Of a stretch of 64,000 nucleotides of DNA, positions 1 to 13,096 are shown in pieces. Position 1 is the first letter of the stretch, and each line of letters starts with the position of its first letter. Source of the stretch: Dictyostelium discoideum (Eukaryota); NCBI GenBank assembly GCA_000004695.1, contig CM000153.2, forward strand, positions 4,896,001-4,960,000, in the 5' to 3' direction. The notes under the pieces are model-generated. The model saw only the letters and a list, made by a program, of their open reading frames with translations, was not told the DNA's origin and made no database searches. The translations under genes were made by a program, and so were the position numbers.

Positions 1-3000
1 AAAAATAATTTTGAAGATGAATTAAGAAACCAACATTTGCATTGAATAAGATTGATTTAACATTTGCATTAACTGAAGCATCATAACCTGCATAATTTGA
101 TAGAGTCATTGAGAAAGTTTCATATTTAAAGTCTAACATATCACCAGATGTATTCTTTGGAATGATAATTTGTTTATAGTTTGAAATGGTTGGAGTTAAA
201 TCATCCAAAATGATTGAACCCAATCTACCTTGAACCAACATACGATTATCTTTAAACATTGAAACATCGGTTGAAACATTATTAATTGTAAAGATACCCA
301 ATAATTCATTATTATCTTGATTTAATGCTAAACCTAAACTATTGATATGAACACTAAATTTCATTGAAACAAATTCAGTTGGACCTTTCTTTTTTGGTAC
401 ATGACGAACTGAACGAATGATAACTCTTCTTGTAGTGGTACCAGATGCAGTTTTACTTGAAACCACTTTTTCATCAGGACCAACTGGTTTACTATTACTA
501 CCTGTACCTGTAATAATCTTTCTTGAAACGATTTGTGGTGATTGTTGATTTGGTGATTGTTGATTTGGTGATTGTTGATTTGGTGATGATAAGTGAGCAT
601 TAGGTGAGGTTGCTGCTGTACCACCACCTTCAGATGAATTAATTGGTACCACTTTATTTCTACTTAATAGTCTTGGATAAGCTTTACTAATTTGATCAAT
701 ATTTTCAGGATCTTTTTGTAATGATTTTGCTAATTTTAATAATTGATAAATGGTTGATGGATTAATAACCAAATAAAAAGAATGAATCTTTAAATCGATG
801 GACATATCTATTTTATTAAATTCTGGTGAAGCTGTTTGAATTTGTTTGAAATGCATTTGAACCAAACTATCCTTACCCAATGAACGATCTGCATGTGGTG
901 GATTTGAAGTTGCCAATTTATTTAAAGTATTCTTTGTGAAACAATCTTCAATCTCTAATGATGATAGTTTAAATGTACCAGACATATCAAAAGTACGTTG
1001 TTGGAAACCAACATTAATATCAGAGAAAACCACTCTAATTAAATCGGATTGATTATTTGATAAAGTTAAACTAATTGATTTAATTTCAAATTCAGCTTCA
1101 ACTAATTTTGCATTCAATAGTAATTCAATGTTTTCTTTTGATTTCTTTAAATCATTTGATGAATTAACATCAACAGGTGCAGAAGAGGAAGAAAAAGAAT
1201 GTGGTGAAGTTGAAATTAATTTTGGTGAAACTGAAGAAGGTGAATTTGAATCATTAATTGGTGTTATGGTTGCTTTTGGTTTACCACTAGTAACTGGTAT
1301 ATCTGCAGTGATGGCATTTAAAATAGTTAACAATTGTTTGAATTTCTTATCAGATAAATAGAAATCGAATTTTGGTAATTCACCTTTAATTTTTAATTTT
1401 GTCATTGTTAGGTTATTTTGTTGAATTGATGAAAAGATTTTCAATTGAATATCGAATTTTTTAATGATTGAGTTATGATGTTTTAGAGGATGACCTTGTT
1501 TATCATTGACACCACCAATAGTTGGTGGTTTTTTATCACCAGTACTAATTGCAGACTTTAAATCGTCTGATAATAAAACTTGAATCGATTCAAATGATAC
1601 ATTAAACTTATCGTAGAGATCAATTTCACTAGTGCTACCTGCCAATTTATTGCTACCTTTAACGAATGCTGAAGTATCAGAACGTACGACCAATTTACCT
1701 AAATCTACAATTAAAATATTTGAACGTTCATTAATTACATCCTCTGGTATGAAAATGACTGGAGCATGAATGTTAACAGCTAAACCTAAAACCTTGTGAT
1801 TATCAATAGCATCTTGTAGTTGCATTTTCGCTTGTTCTTTAATGTCTTCTAAATGAGCACCAGCTCTATTGGAAATATTGGTAATATCTAAATTTGGGTC
1901 ATGGAAAAAGTCTACAACTTTCATAATTAATGGTTTGGTGACAATGATATTCAATGGATCCATATTTAACTCTACAGAGAGATCTAAATTTTTATCGGGT
2001 GGACGAGTATCAACAATGACACTAGCAAAGGTTCCAGTACCTTTGGTTGGTACACTTGCAATAATCTTTGGGAAATGAGTACGTTTAGTGAATTGATCGT
2101 AAACTTCAAACAAATGAATACCAGCCATCACTTTAATACCTTCATTACGTTGTTCGAATTTCAAAGATAAACCAGTGTACAATGCTTCAATGAAAACTTG
2201 ATTCGCCTCTACCAATTGAATTGCAAAACCTTTGATTTCAAAATTACCAATAATCTTTACCCAATCTGGTGGTTCTTCACTTGCGGAAACCACATCATTA
2301 TATTCAATGGTTTTATAGAGTTCATCACGTTCTTCACTTGATAATTGAATTTTTGGTGCAGCTTTTTCATCTTCATCCTTTTTAGTATTGAAAATATTTT
2401 GAAAGAAACCACGTTCTTGACGTTTTGAATCGAGAAATTGTTTACGTATCTTATTTTTCTCTGTCTCTTTTTTAATCTCTGCATAGGCCAATGATCTAAA
2501 GTAAACTATATCTTCAAATGATAAACGCTCTTCCAATTGATTCAATTGTTCCAATTCATGTTTATTCAATGGTTGTAACCAATCAACCTTTGGTATATTT
2601 CTTTTGAATAATGGAATGTATGCTAATCTTGCGCGACGTCTTTGTGCTATAAATTCCCATGATCTACTAAATCTCTTTTCTCTAATTTGTTCAACAATAA
2701 CTTGACCAACATATCTCCACCATAATTTTGGATTCTCTGATACCTTTACAATAGGTCTAAACTTTAAATACTTTATATCTCTTAAATATTCATTTGTAAA
2801 ATTTAATATACTTAAAATATTTTGATATTGACCTGATGATAATGTACATGTAATTTGTGACATTACACATTCAACCAATATTTTTGGTATTGATTTTTCA
2901 ATAATATCACTTTTATTAATATTTAACTATTAAATAAAATAAAATTAATAAAAAGTTAATATATAAATTATTATTATTTTAAATATTATTATTATTATTA

Positions 3001-3939
3001 TTATTATTAAAATATATTTATATTTACTTTTAATTGTGAAGAAATTGGTTTAATAATATATTTTGATAATAAAGAGAATGAAGCAGATGATGGAATTAAA
3101 CTTGTAAATGCTTTTGTAAATTCATCAAGTTTTAAATTTTGAAGTGAATCTGCATTATCATCAATATAAAAACCTAATGAATCCATTAATGCTAACTTTT
3201 TTATAAACTTTGATTTTGAACTATCAACAAATGATGGTATCCAAAATTCATCGGTTGATTGAATTGATAATTTATCTAATGTTATACCAAGTGCATATAA
3301 CTTTATTTTTTTTTTTTTTTTTTTTTTTTTTATTATTTTAGTAAAATAGAATTACTTTATTTTATTATTATTATTATTATTTTTTTTTTTTTTTTTTTTT
3401 TTACTTACTTTACCAATATCATTTTTATTTTCAAATCTAATATGAACTTTATTAATTACAATTTGTAAATTATCAATAATTTTTGTAACTAAACGATCAG
3501 TGAATGAATCTGATTTTTCGGATTGTAATGAAGAGATTTCATTCTCTTCAGCATCTTTAATTGATTTAATCCATTCATAATTTTCTAATTTCTTTTTCTT
3601 TAATTCTGCTTGTTTCTTTGCTTCTTCTTTTTCATCGTATTTATAGTTTTGTGTTTGTGGTACTGCCAATGCATAGATACAATCGATATTGATAATTACA
3701 GGTTTAGATTTTAAATCTTTCCAAGGTACTTTGAGATCTAATTTACCAAGAAAACCCTTCTTCACTGTAATGGGTAAATTTATTGGTAGATTCGCCAGAG
3801 CATCCTCTTTTAATTCTAAATTTTGAAGTTGTACACTACCTCCAAATATACCAATCTTTAATTGATCTTTATTTAAATTCTTTACATATTCACCAAGTAC
3901 TCTTGATAAAACATCTGATACTAATCCTTCAAATACCAT
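1..3939 (-). CDS. VPS13/chorein-family lipid-transfer protein, N-terminal part; the gene runs off the window start. Exons (minus strand): 3939..3409, 3300..3028, 2926..<1. Introns: 3408..3302 and 3027..2927.
   Basis: Exon 1 translates MVFEGLVSDVLSRVLGEYVKNLNKDQLKIGIFGG...HIRFENKNDIGK, the canonical chorein-N domain. It ends at a GTAAGT donor. Exon 2 reads LYALGITLDKLSIQSTDEFW... Exon 3 is an uninterrupted frame (...PKLWWRYVGQVIVEQIREKRFSRSWEF...) through position 1. It includes a 3x tandem 15-bp unit encoding SPNQQ at ~541-590. Confidence 0.9.
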
Positions 3940-4620
3940 TATTTATAATTCTTTTCTTTTTTTTTTTTTTTTTTTTTAATAATTTGTTTTTTAATTATTT
4001 GTTTTTTTAAAATTCTATCTTTTTTTTTTTTTTTTTTTTCTGAATACTATAAAAAAAAAAAAAAATAAAATATAAAATTAAAAAATAAAATTGAAATTAA
4101 ATTAAATTAAATTAAAAAAAAAAGTAAAAAAAAAAAAAAATTGCTTTTTTTGGGTTGTTTTTTTTTTTTTGTATTTTTTTAAATTATTATAATTTTAATT
4201 TATTTTATAGCATATAAATAAAAATTATATTAATATTAATATTAATAATAATAAAAAATAATATGATTAATTAATATAAAAATATAAAAAATAATAAAAA
4301 AAGTTATTATTATAATAATTATTAATAATTTTTCTTTTTTAAAAAAAAAAAAAAAAAAAAAAAACAAAAAAATAAAAATTAATAAAATTAAAAATAAAAA
4401 AAAAAAAAAAAAAAAAAAAAATTCGCCTTGAAGTTTGTTTTGAAAATATCTTCCCAGGGGTTCGAAAACCATTTTTTTAAGTTTATTTTTAATTTTTTTT
4501 TTTAGTTTTTTTTTTAATTTCCCACTCGTGAGCTGGACTAAGAAAAATCAAAATCAAAATCTTTTTTTTTTTTATTTTTTTTTTTATTTTTTTTTTTATT
4601 TTTTATTTTATATTTTTCAT

Positions 4621-5469
4621 TTAAAGTAAAATTAAATTATTATGATCTATTACAGCTTCTTTTGTAAAACCAGTTAAAGTATTAAAATAATCTTTAGATT
4701 GTTTACCAATAATTTGATTGATTTCATCAGATGAATAGTTTGTTATACCTCTTGAGATTTGAGAAGAGTTTACATCTAAAATTGTAACCAATGAATCCTT
4801 TGGAAATTCACCAAAAATCGAGATGATACCAACGGGCAATAGGGACTTGGCACGTTGTGAAATCGCTTGAACGGCACCATCATCTATACATAATTGACCC
4901 AACGGTTTGGAATAGAATCGTTTATGTTGATTTAATAACTCTAATGATTTATCAGGTGATGACGACAGTAGAGAATCCGTTATATTTTCAATTGTTTCAT
5001 TATGATGGTTAATTTTATGATGGCTCATCAAGTCCAATACCAATCGCTCGATTTCAAAAACATGTTTATCATTCACACCCATATCATGAAGAGAATTTGC
5101 CAACTTTAATAAATAATCTATGTTTCTACCACTTGGTCCTATCGATCTAAAGATTTGGTTTGCAATGTTTTCATTGGTATCTTCACCCAAAAACTCTAAA
5201 TTCTCTGTGGTTGCCAAATATACAATTGCTTTGCCATAGGGCTCAACATCGTCACCCTCCTCTAAAAACACATCCAACTCGTGTCTCTCATAACCACCTT
5301 TCTCTCTATAATCTAAATTCTTTAAAATTGGCATTGCTGCATCATCGGATATTGAATAAACTGTTCCCCACGTCAACCAAACTTCATTTGATTTATCATC
5401 CTCTGGTTGTTTAATTAATGTTACAACTCTACCAGGATTTTCAATTGTTCCTCTATGGTCAGTTGATCC

Positions 5470-5500
<31 letters not shown>

Positions 5501-5710
5501 AAATAAAATAAAAATAAAATAATAAAATTAATATATTTTATTAATAAAAAAAAAATAGTATATACAAATAATTTTAATAATATACCTACCTTGGTAAAAT
5601 ACTCTTTTCCATCCTTTTATATACGCATTAAATTTTCTAGAATATGGAAAACCGGGTCTCCACATTAAGCTACCATATCCAAATAAATATACAAACATAT
5701 CCTCACACAT
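4621..5710 (-). CDS. ChaC-like gamma-glutamylcyclotransferase (glutathione-specific). Two exons, 5710..5590 and 5468..4621; intron 5589..5469.
   Basis: Exon 1 reads MCEDMFVYLFGYGSLMWRPGFPY...RVFYQ and ends at a GTAGGT donor in phase 1. Exon 2 starts after (T)nAAG and reads GSTDHRGTIENPGRVVTLIKQPEDDKSNEVWLTWGTVYSI...LDYREKGGYER. The YGSL-W and HRGT-PGRV-TL motifs are diagnostic of the ChaC family. Confidence 0.85.
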
Positions 5711-5723
5711 TTTTTATTATTTC

Positions 5724-5757
<34 letters not shown>

Positions 5758-5766
5758 CTTTCTTTA

Positions 5767-5797
<31 letters not shown>

Positions 5798-6847
5798 TAT
5801 TATTTTTTTTTTTTTATTTTATTATTTTTTTTTTTATTTTTATTTATTAATTATTTATTTTATTTTTTTTTAAATTGAAATAACTAGTTATTTGAATATT
5901 TAAATATTATAATATGTAATGTTAAATATATGATACAAGAATGGAAAGATATTGTATTTGTTACACACACAGACGAAAGCTTAATGTGGTCGGGGTTAAA
6001 AAAAAAAAATTATTTAAATAATTAAAAAAAAAATTAAAAAAAATAAAAAAAAAACAAAAAAAATAAAAAAAAAATATTTAATTTTATTTATTTTTTTTTA
6101 TTTTTTTTTTTTTTTTAAAACATTAGCGTTCAAAATCAACTGAAAATGGTAGAACCAAAAAAAAAGAAGATATTTTTGCAATCCTAACAATTCCACTGTT
6201 CCCATATTTTTTATTAAGGGAAAAAAAAAAGAAAGAAAATTCGGACAATCATTTTACATTATTTTTACTTTGAAAATTACTATACAAAAAAGAAAACTTT
6301 ATCATTTAAAATTTTTTCGTGCTATCTAATAAAATTTTTTTTTTTATTTTTTTTTATTTTTTTTTTTTTTTTTTAGTAATAATAAAGAAAAAAAAAAAAA
6401 AAAAAAAAAAAAATTAAATTAGTTGAAGTTATTTATTTGTATGAAGAATTTAATGTTTTCTTAATAAATTTTAATATTAAAAAAAAAAAAATAAAAAAAA
6501 AAATAAATAAAAATAAATGAATGAATGAATTTTTAAAATGATATTAATATTTATAACTTTTTTTAAAATCTAAAAAATCTAATAAACACAAATCAATAGA
6601 GTTATTCATAAAATTCTTTACATAGTGTTTCAAATTAAAAAAAAAAAATTAAAAAAAATATTTTTTTTTTATTTTTTTTTATTTTTTTATTTTTTTTTTT
6701 ATTTTTTTCTTTTTTTTTTTTTTTTCCCAATAAAATTTTTTTTTTTTTTTTCTTTTTTTTTTTTATCTAATTTTTTTTTTCCTCAATATTTTTTTTTTAC
6801 AATTTAAATATCTTTTTTATTATTTCAATATCAATATCAATATCAAT

Positions 6848-7797
6848 ATGGGTGTTGCAGACAATGAATATATTTCAGTTCCAACTGGTGAACCAGTTCA
6901 ACAACAACCACAAACTACATCTGTTGTTTTTGGAGCTCCACAAAGCTATTATCCACATCAACAACCACAAATCATTTTAAGTGCACCAACAACCACCGCT
7001 TCAACCTCAACTACAGATTCAACTGTTGTTGAAGAAAATCCAGTTTGTTGTGATCGTTGCGATTTAGAAAATAAAGTCAAATATCAACGTTACTCAACCG
7101 TTGGTCCATGGTTATACCAAATTATCATTTTATTCTTTTCCCAACAATTTTTACTTTTCAGTATTGCTCCAATTTTAGGTCTATTTGCAATGTACACTCA
7201 AAATAGATGTATTGTTGTTATGGTAAGATTTTATTTATTTATTATTATTATTTTTTTTTTTTGTATATTTTTTTTTGTTCTTATTTTTTTATTTATTTTT
7301 TTTTTTTCTTTTTTTTTGACCTAAATAATTATAAACTAACACACACTCATATTAATTTTTTTTTTTTTTTTTTCAAAATTTTTTTTTATAGCATTTCTTA
7401 ACAGCTGCATTCTATTATATTTTCAGTGTTATTTTCTTATTTAGTGGAGATCAAATTAATACCATTTTATTATCAATTCTCTTTTCTATTATTTTCACTC
7501 TCTCATTAATGAACTATAGTAGATATATTAAAACCTTAAACAAATTAGCAAACGTTGGTGAATGTTTACAATCAACTATCAATGGTTCTGGTTTTGAAGT
7601 CACAATTGAATCTCAACCAACTCCAACCACTATTCCACAACCAATCGTTCAACCACAACCAATCTATGTTTCACAATTACCAATGATGATTCCACAACCA
7701 TCATCACAACCACCACAAATTATTGTTCCACAAATCGTTTATGATGCAAACCATAACCCAATCTATCACTTAATCCCAATTCAAAACAGTAACCAAC

Positions 7798-7802
<5 letters not shown>
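6848..7802 (+). CDS. Hypothetical multi-pass membrane protein with Pro/Gln-rich termini. Two exons, 6848..7221 and 7392..7802; intron 7222..7391.
   Basis: ATG at 6848. A GTAAGA donor follows ...CIVVM. A (T)nATAG acceptor at 7388-7391 restores the frame to HFLTAAFYYIFSVIF...MNYSRYIKTL...PQPIVQPQPIY... Hydrophobic helices are flanked by PQ-rich segments. I recognise no family. Confidence 0.6.
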
Positions 7803-7838
<36 letters not shown>

Positions 7839-7956
7839 ATATTTTTTTTTTTTTTTAATTTTTTTTGGGAGGTGAGGGTTAATTCACCAATTTTGTATCA
7901 ATATTATTATTTCTTAATTTAACATCAATAAAATCGAAATTTATTTCAATATTTAA

Positions 7957-7996
<40 letters not shown>

Positions 7997-8116
7997 TATA
8001 AAGCTTCTTTAATCAAATTAGTTTTATTGGTTTAAATTTACAAATGAAATTTCATCCATTTTGTCTTAAAAATTTCGAATAAAAGAAATTGTTTTTTAAT
8101 TTATTATCTTTATTTA

Positions 8117-8186
8117 TAATAATCACATTTTTTAATAATCACATTTTTTTTAATAATCACATTTTTTTTTAATAATCACATTTTTT
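8117..8186. repeat. Four tandem copies of a 17-19 nt unit, taataatcacatttttt(t).
   Basis: Direct read: ataataatcacattttttaataatcacattttttttaataatcacatttttttttaataatcacatttttt. Confidence 0.9.
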
Positions 8187-8261
8187 AATTTAAATTAAAA
8201 TTTTTTTTCCATAATATTTTAAAAAATATATTACCTTGCAAAAAGTTTTAAAAATCTTACA

Positions 8262-8425
8262 GTGTCTAAAATTGGTAATCAAGACTTTGGTACTCAACTA
8301 AGTTACAACAATCAAGAGGCATTCTTGATAAAAGATTTTTGGGAGTACATTTGGTCTTGAGTTTTACTGATGAAATTAAAAGTATAACTCTTGAACATGT
8401 TGAAGTATTTAATTAGAAAATTAGG
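8262..8425 (+). pseudogene. Degenerate partial tandem copy of the 5' coding region of the gene at 8757..9377.
   Basis: 8262-8425 aligns by eye to 8790-8956 (...ggtaatcaagactttggtact... versus ...ggtaatccagaatttgatgct...). The copy carries frame disruptions and in-frame stops. Confidence 0.45.
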
Positions 8426-8756
8426 TTTAAATGTTCAGACAATAATTGAAAATTTGGTCTAATAAAAACATGGTATCTTAAATTCAGGTTCTTATTACTC
8501 AAAGTATTAAAAAAATTACTTTCGCCATTAATTTTTTTTTTAAATATTTTTTTTTTTTTTTCAAAAAACTACATAAAATTTTTTAAAAAATATTTAATGA
8601 CGAAATTGGATTTAAAATTTTAAATCCCATTTTTTTTTTTTTTTTTAAAAAACCCAACTTTTATTTTAAAATTTTTCATGGTTTAATGAAAATTTTAAAA
8701 AAAAAATTTTATTTAAAATATTCATTTTTTTTTTTTCATTAAATTTTTAAAAAAAA

Positions 8757-9377
8757 ATGGAAAGTATTATAAACCAATTGAATAATCTAACTGTGTCAAC
8801 AATCGGTAATCCAGAATTTGATGCTGCCACTAAAGCCAATGACGCAAAAGGCATTCTTAATAATCATTATACTGGAAAAGATTTGGTATTTAGTTTGAAA
8901 AATGATATTAAAAGTATTACGATTGACCAAGTTGAAGTTTTTAATAGAGAATTAAGAGATGTAAAGGAACAAATTCTAAATTTTGTCCAATCAGAACATG
9001 GTATTATAAATGTAGGTCCTCGTTATAAAAAGTATAGAAAAATTAGAAATAAAATCAGAATTAAAGTTGGTAAGTACTTTTATATATACACCAACATTAA
9101 AATATCATTAATAATATTAAAATCCAAATTCCAATCAAATTTTATAGGCACAGTAGCAGCCGATCCAGAACTCACTCAACAACAAAAAAATGTTATAATT
9201 TATGTCCTTTTACCAATTTATAACTTGCCAGATTATGATAGAAATTATAACCCAGATAAAGGTGGAGGTGAAAAAACATTCTCAAAGATGTTGCTTAATG
9301 TCGCTGTTATGCACTCAAAATCAAAATTTGAATATGTAGATGGTTATTATTCTTTTCACCAAGAGACATTAATTTGA
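8757..9377 (+). CDS. Hypothetical protein. Two exons, 8757..9069 and 9148..9377; 78-bp in-frame intron 9070..9147.
   Basis: ATG at 8757. A GTAAGT donor sits at 9070 and an AT-rich interior ends in TTTATAG at 9147. The spliced product reads ...KIRIKVGTVAADPELTQQQKNVIIYVLLPIYNLPDYDRNYNPDKGGGEK... I recognise no family. Confidence 0.55.
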   Translation: MESIINQLNNLTVSTIGNPEFDAATKANDAKGILNNHYTGKDLVFSLKNDIKSITIDQVEVFNRELRDVKEQILNFVQSEHGIINVGPRYKKYRKIRNKIRIKVGKYFYIYTNIKISLIILKSKFQSNFIGTVAADPELTQQQKNVIIYVLLPIYNLPDYDRNYNPDKGGGEKTFSKMLLNVAVMHSKSKFEYVDGYYSFHQETLI

Positions 9378-9653
9378 AATTAATATGAAATTGGTATTTT
9401 ATCTACGCAAATTAATTTCAAATTGATTTCATAAAAATAAATAAAATTATATTTATCACTTTTAAATTTTTTATAGTATTTTGAATTCCAGTTCAGGGAA
9501 AAAAGATTTTTTTTTTTTTTGGGTATCACCCATCCTTATCCATTAGCTAAATAATAATAAAATTTTCCAGATAAAGTAAAAACACTAATTTTGTTATTAA
9601 TCTTTATTTTATTTTGTTTTATTTTATTTTATTTTATTTTTTAAAAAAAGTAT

Positions 9654-10589
9654 TTAATGAAAACCTATTTGTTTTTTCAAATTAACAATTCTTTGATTCT
9701 TTTCTCTACTTCTTTTATTACTAAACCAATTATTACGTTGATATTTTGAAAGATCAATTAAAGCAGAGATGATTATTTTTTCATCCTCATTTGGATAAGG
9801 ATGATCTGAATGATTTTTAAAGTAGTCAGAGATGAATGATTTATATTGATCATTTAAAGTTCTACGATTCTTTTTATCACTAATACTACAGCCACCACCA
9901 TTTGTAAAGTCGTCAGTGAAAGTATTTGAGAAACCATGTTGGTGATCCATTGATTGTGGTCTCATCTGATAGATGAAATCAAATGATAAACATTTCTGAT
10001 GAGCGATTATCAATGTGAAAAAACCATGAATATGATTTCTTTGGGCCTTCAAATCCGATCGATCCAACAATGGTGATCTAACGGTGGTAGATAATTGTTG
10101 AATGGATTTCATGATTTCCAATGATTCAGATTTGGTTGTATTGATTTTAGTAATCTCAAAATTGAAATCCTTTTTCAACTTTTCAATATTTGCTTTAATT
10201 AATGGATTCTTTAATTCTATTCTCTCTTGAGTTATATAATTATCCAATGATGGATTCAAAGTTTTATACTTTAAATATGAGAAATCTTTTGAACCACGAA
10301 TACCCAACTCTTCATTAACAACTGATTCACCTGTGAATTCATTAATAAAATTGAATGATTTCTCTCTAATCCATTGAAATTTTGAATTCTTTTCTAAAAA
10401 ATGTAATTTTTGTTTAATTGATTTAATTCTATCATTTATAATTTCATAATAATTATCACCAATTATTATTGATTCATTTTTAAATTGATTATTATTATTA
10501 TTATTATTGTTATTATTATTATTTTCTTCATCATAACTATCATTTCCATTACAATTATCATTATCATCTTCTTCTTCCTCCTCCTCTTC

Positions 10590-10621
<32 letters not shown>

Positions 10622-11160
10622 TATTATTATTGTCTTTATTATTTTGTTTAAAGTTTTGATATTGTTGGTATGGTTGATAATTTTGATATTCTTCCCCACT
10701 TTCATCATCACCAGATTCATCAATATAATTATTACAATTTTGTTTTTTATATATTTGTTGTTGTTGTTGTTGTTGTTGTTGTGAGGTTTGTTGGAATGTT
10801 TTATTATTATTGTTATTATTGTTTTCATAACCATAGTCTCTATGTTGTTTATTAATATAGGTTTTATTACTATTACTATTATTATTATTAGGATTATTAT
10901 TAGGTTTATTATTATTATTATTATTACAAGGATTATTATTGCTAATATTATTATAATTATTATTATTATTGTTATTGTTGTTATTATTATTATTATAATT
11001 AACTTGGTTGTAATTATTTCTTGTAATTGGTTGGTTGAAATCAAAATATTTATTATTTAGATTTTGAAATGATGGGGAAGAAGAAATTGGAGGTAATCCT
11101 TGGGAAACCATTATTTTTTTAGTTGGTCTATTATAAGGATTATTATTATTATTATTATTA

Positions 11161-11206
<46 letters not shown>

Positions 11207-12357
11207 GATATGAAGCTTCTTTTCTTTTTAGTTGTTGAGATTGAGGTTGAGATTGAAGTTGAGGTTGAAGTTGAGGTTGAGGTTGAGGTTGAGGTTGAAG
11301 TTGTTGAGATTGAGATTGAGATTGAGGTTGCTTAGTTCCAATGTATTGTTGTGTGGGAATGATTGGTACAGAAGAATTCATTGGTATTGGGAATTGATTA
11401 TAATAGAGACCATGTTGATGCTGTTGATGTTGATAGAAAGAGTTATTATTGTAATTATAATTATTATTATTATTATTATGATTGCCATTACCATTACCAT
11501 TGCCATTGCCATTAGCATTTAATTGATGATATAATTGACAGATATTTTGTTGATATTGTTCATTATAAGTGTAGCCTAAGAATGAAAGAGCAGTTTGATG
11601 ATGTATCGTTGGTTGTAATGATGGTGGTGTAGCTGTTGTTTGAATAGTTGTTATTGGTGTCATTACACTTGGTGGTGGAGTTGATGCTGGTACTACAGTT
11701 GATGATGATGATAGTGGTGTTGATGGTGGTGGTGGTTGTACAATTGTCATTGCTGAAGATTGTGCTTGATGTGGTAACATTAAATAGTTTGTTGATGAAT
11801 TTAAATTATCATCATTAGTAATTAATGATGATGTTGTTGCCACTACAGGTGATGGAGTTACTATCATTGGTTGTACTAGTAGTGATGAGGATGAAGGTGG
11901 TGGCGTTGGTGGTGTTGCTTGAACTGATGGTGTTGATAATGTATTTGAACTACTACCAATAATATTATTACAACCATTATTTGAATTTTGAATATTTAAA
12001 GCTGATCCATGTGGTGGTGTTGATGTTGGTGTTGGTGTTGGTGCACATCTCTCTTCATTTACTGTTGTCAATGTTGTTTCTGTGGTATTGTTTCCATTGT
12101 GACCTGTATTACTACAACAATTAATGTTTATATTGTTATTACTGTTATTATTATTACAATAAAATGATGCTAATTGATAAAAAAAAAAAAAAAAATTAAA
12201 AAAAAATTAAAAAAAAATAAAAAAATTAAAAAAATAAATAAAAAATAAAAAACATCAGTTAAACTTTTTTATTTTTTTTTATTATGAAATGCGTAATGTG
12301 AATGTAAAAAATATAAAATATAAAATACATACTATTATTATTTGCTGTTGATGTCAT
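9654..12357 (-). CDS. TALE-class homeobox protein with a very long low-complexity body (poly-Asn, poly-Gln, PQ and D/E tracts). Main exon 12169..9654. A putative 25-nt first exon at 12357..12333 is joined by intron 12332..12170.
   Basis: C-terminal KKNRRTLNDQYKSFISDYFKNHSDHPYPNEDEKIIISALIDLSKYQRNNWFSNKRSREK is a homeodomain with the 3-aa TALE insertion (HPYP) and an NWF-N-R helix 3. The long frame has no ATG near its 5' end. An upstream ATG ACA TCA ACA GCA AAT AAT AAT A followed by a GTATGT donor joins in frame at a ...AATTAG acceptor at 12171-12170. Confidence 0.75.
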
Positions 12358-13096
12358 TTACAAAATATTTTTATTATGGTTTGAAGTTTTTTTTTTTTTT
12401 TTTGATTATTATTTTATATTAAAAAAAAAAAGAGAGAAAAGAAAAACGACTTTTTTTTTTTAAAGAGTGTGAATAAATCTAAAGAAAATTATATCCTATT
12501 TTTAGTGCATATCTTTGAATGGGTGGTAAAAGTTGCCATTGTTTTTTTAATATGGAAAAGAGTAGGTTATTGGATTTTGGTTATTTGTGCATTTTATTTG
12601 ATATATTTTTAAATCAAATTTGGTTTTGTTTTTTTTTTTTGAAATTTTTTTTTTTTTAATTTTTTTTTTTTTTTTTTTTTAATTTTTTAAGGGGTCCTGC
12701 AAACATTTTTTTTATTTTTTCTTTTTTTTTTTTTTATACACATCCAAACACAAACTGCACTACACATACCTAAAAATCAAAATCAAAAAAAAAAAAATAA
12801 AAAATATCTCGCGATATATTTTTATTTTTAATTTAAGAAACAAAAAAAAATAAAAAAAAAACCTTAAAGGAATACTTGTATATAATTTGTAATAATAGAA
12901 TATTTTTTTTTGTTTTCTATACTATAAAGAATAATTTGTACATTAAAGAACTATAACAAAATAATATGTAATAATACAGAAAAAAAAATAAAAAATAAAA
13001 AATAAAAAATAAAAAATAAAAAATAAAAAACAAACAACAAAAATACATAATAATAATAGAAAAAAAAAAAAAAAATAAAATTTTATAACATAAAAG

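Noticed and set aside
1128-2078. Plus-strand ORFs 1128..1361 and 1869..2078
   Set aside because: They are antisense to the continuous VPS13 exon. They are short, and the VPS13 frame explains the region.
4430-4470. tcccaggggttcgaaaacc, reminiscent of a tRNA T-arm (GGTTCGAA)
   Set aside because: No matching acceptor stem, D-arm or anticodon arm could be folded from the flanking sequence. It is probably chance.
10466-11522. Cluster of overlapping track ORFs on both strands (10466..11044, 10485..10784, 10788..11060, 11123..11335, 11232..11522)
   Set aside because: They are alternative-frame and antisense readings of the (AAT)n, (CAA)n and (GTTGAG)n tracts inside the homeobox gene. Their products are poly-I, poly-Y or (EV)n with no independent signal.
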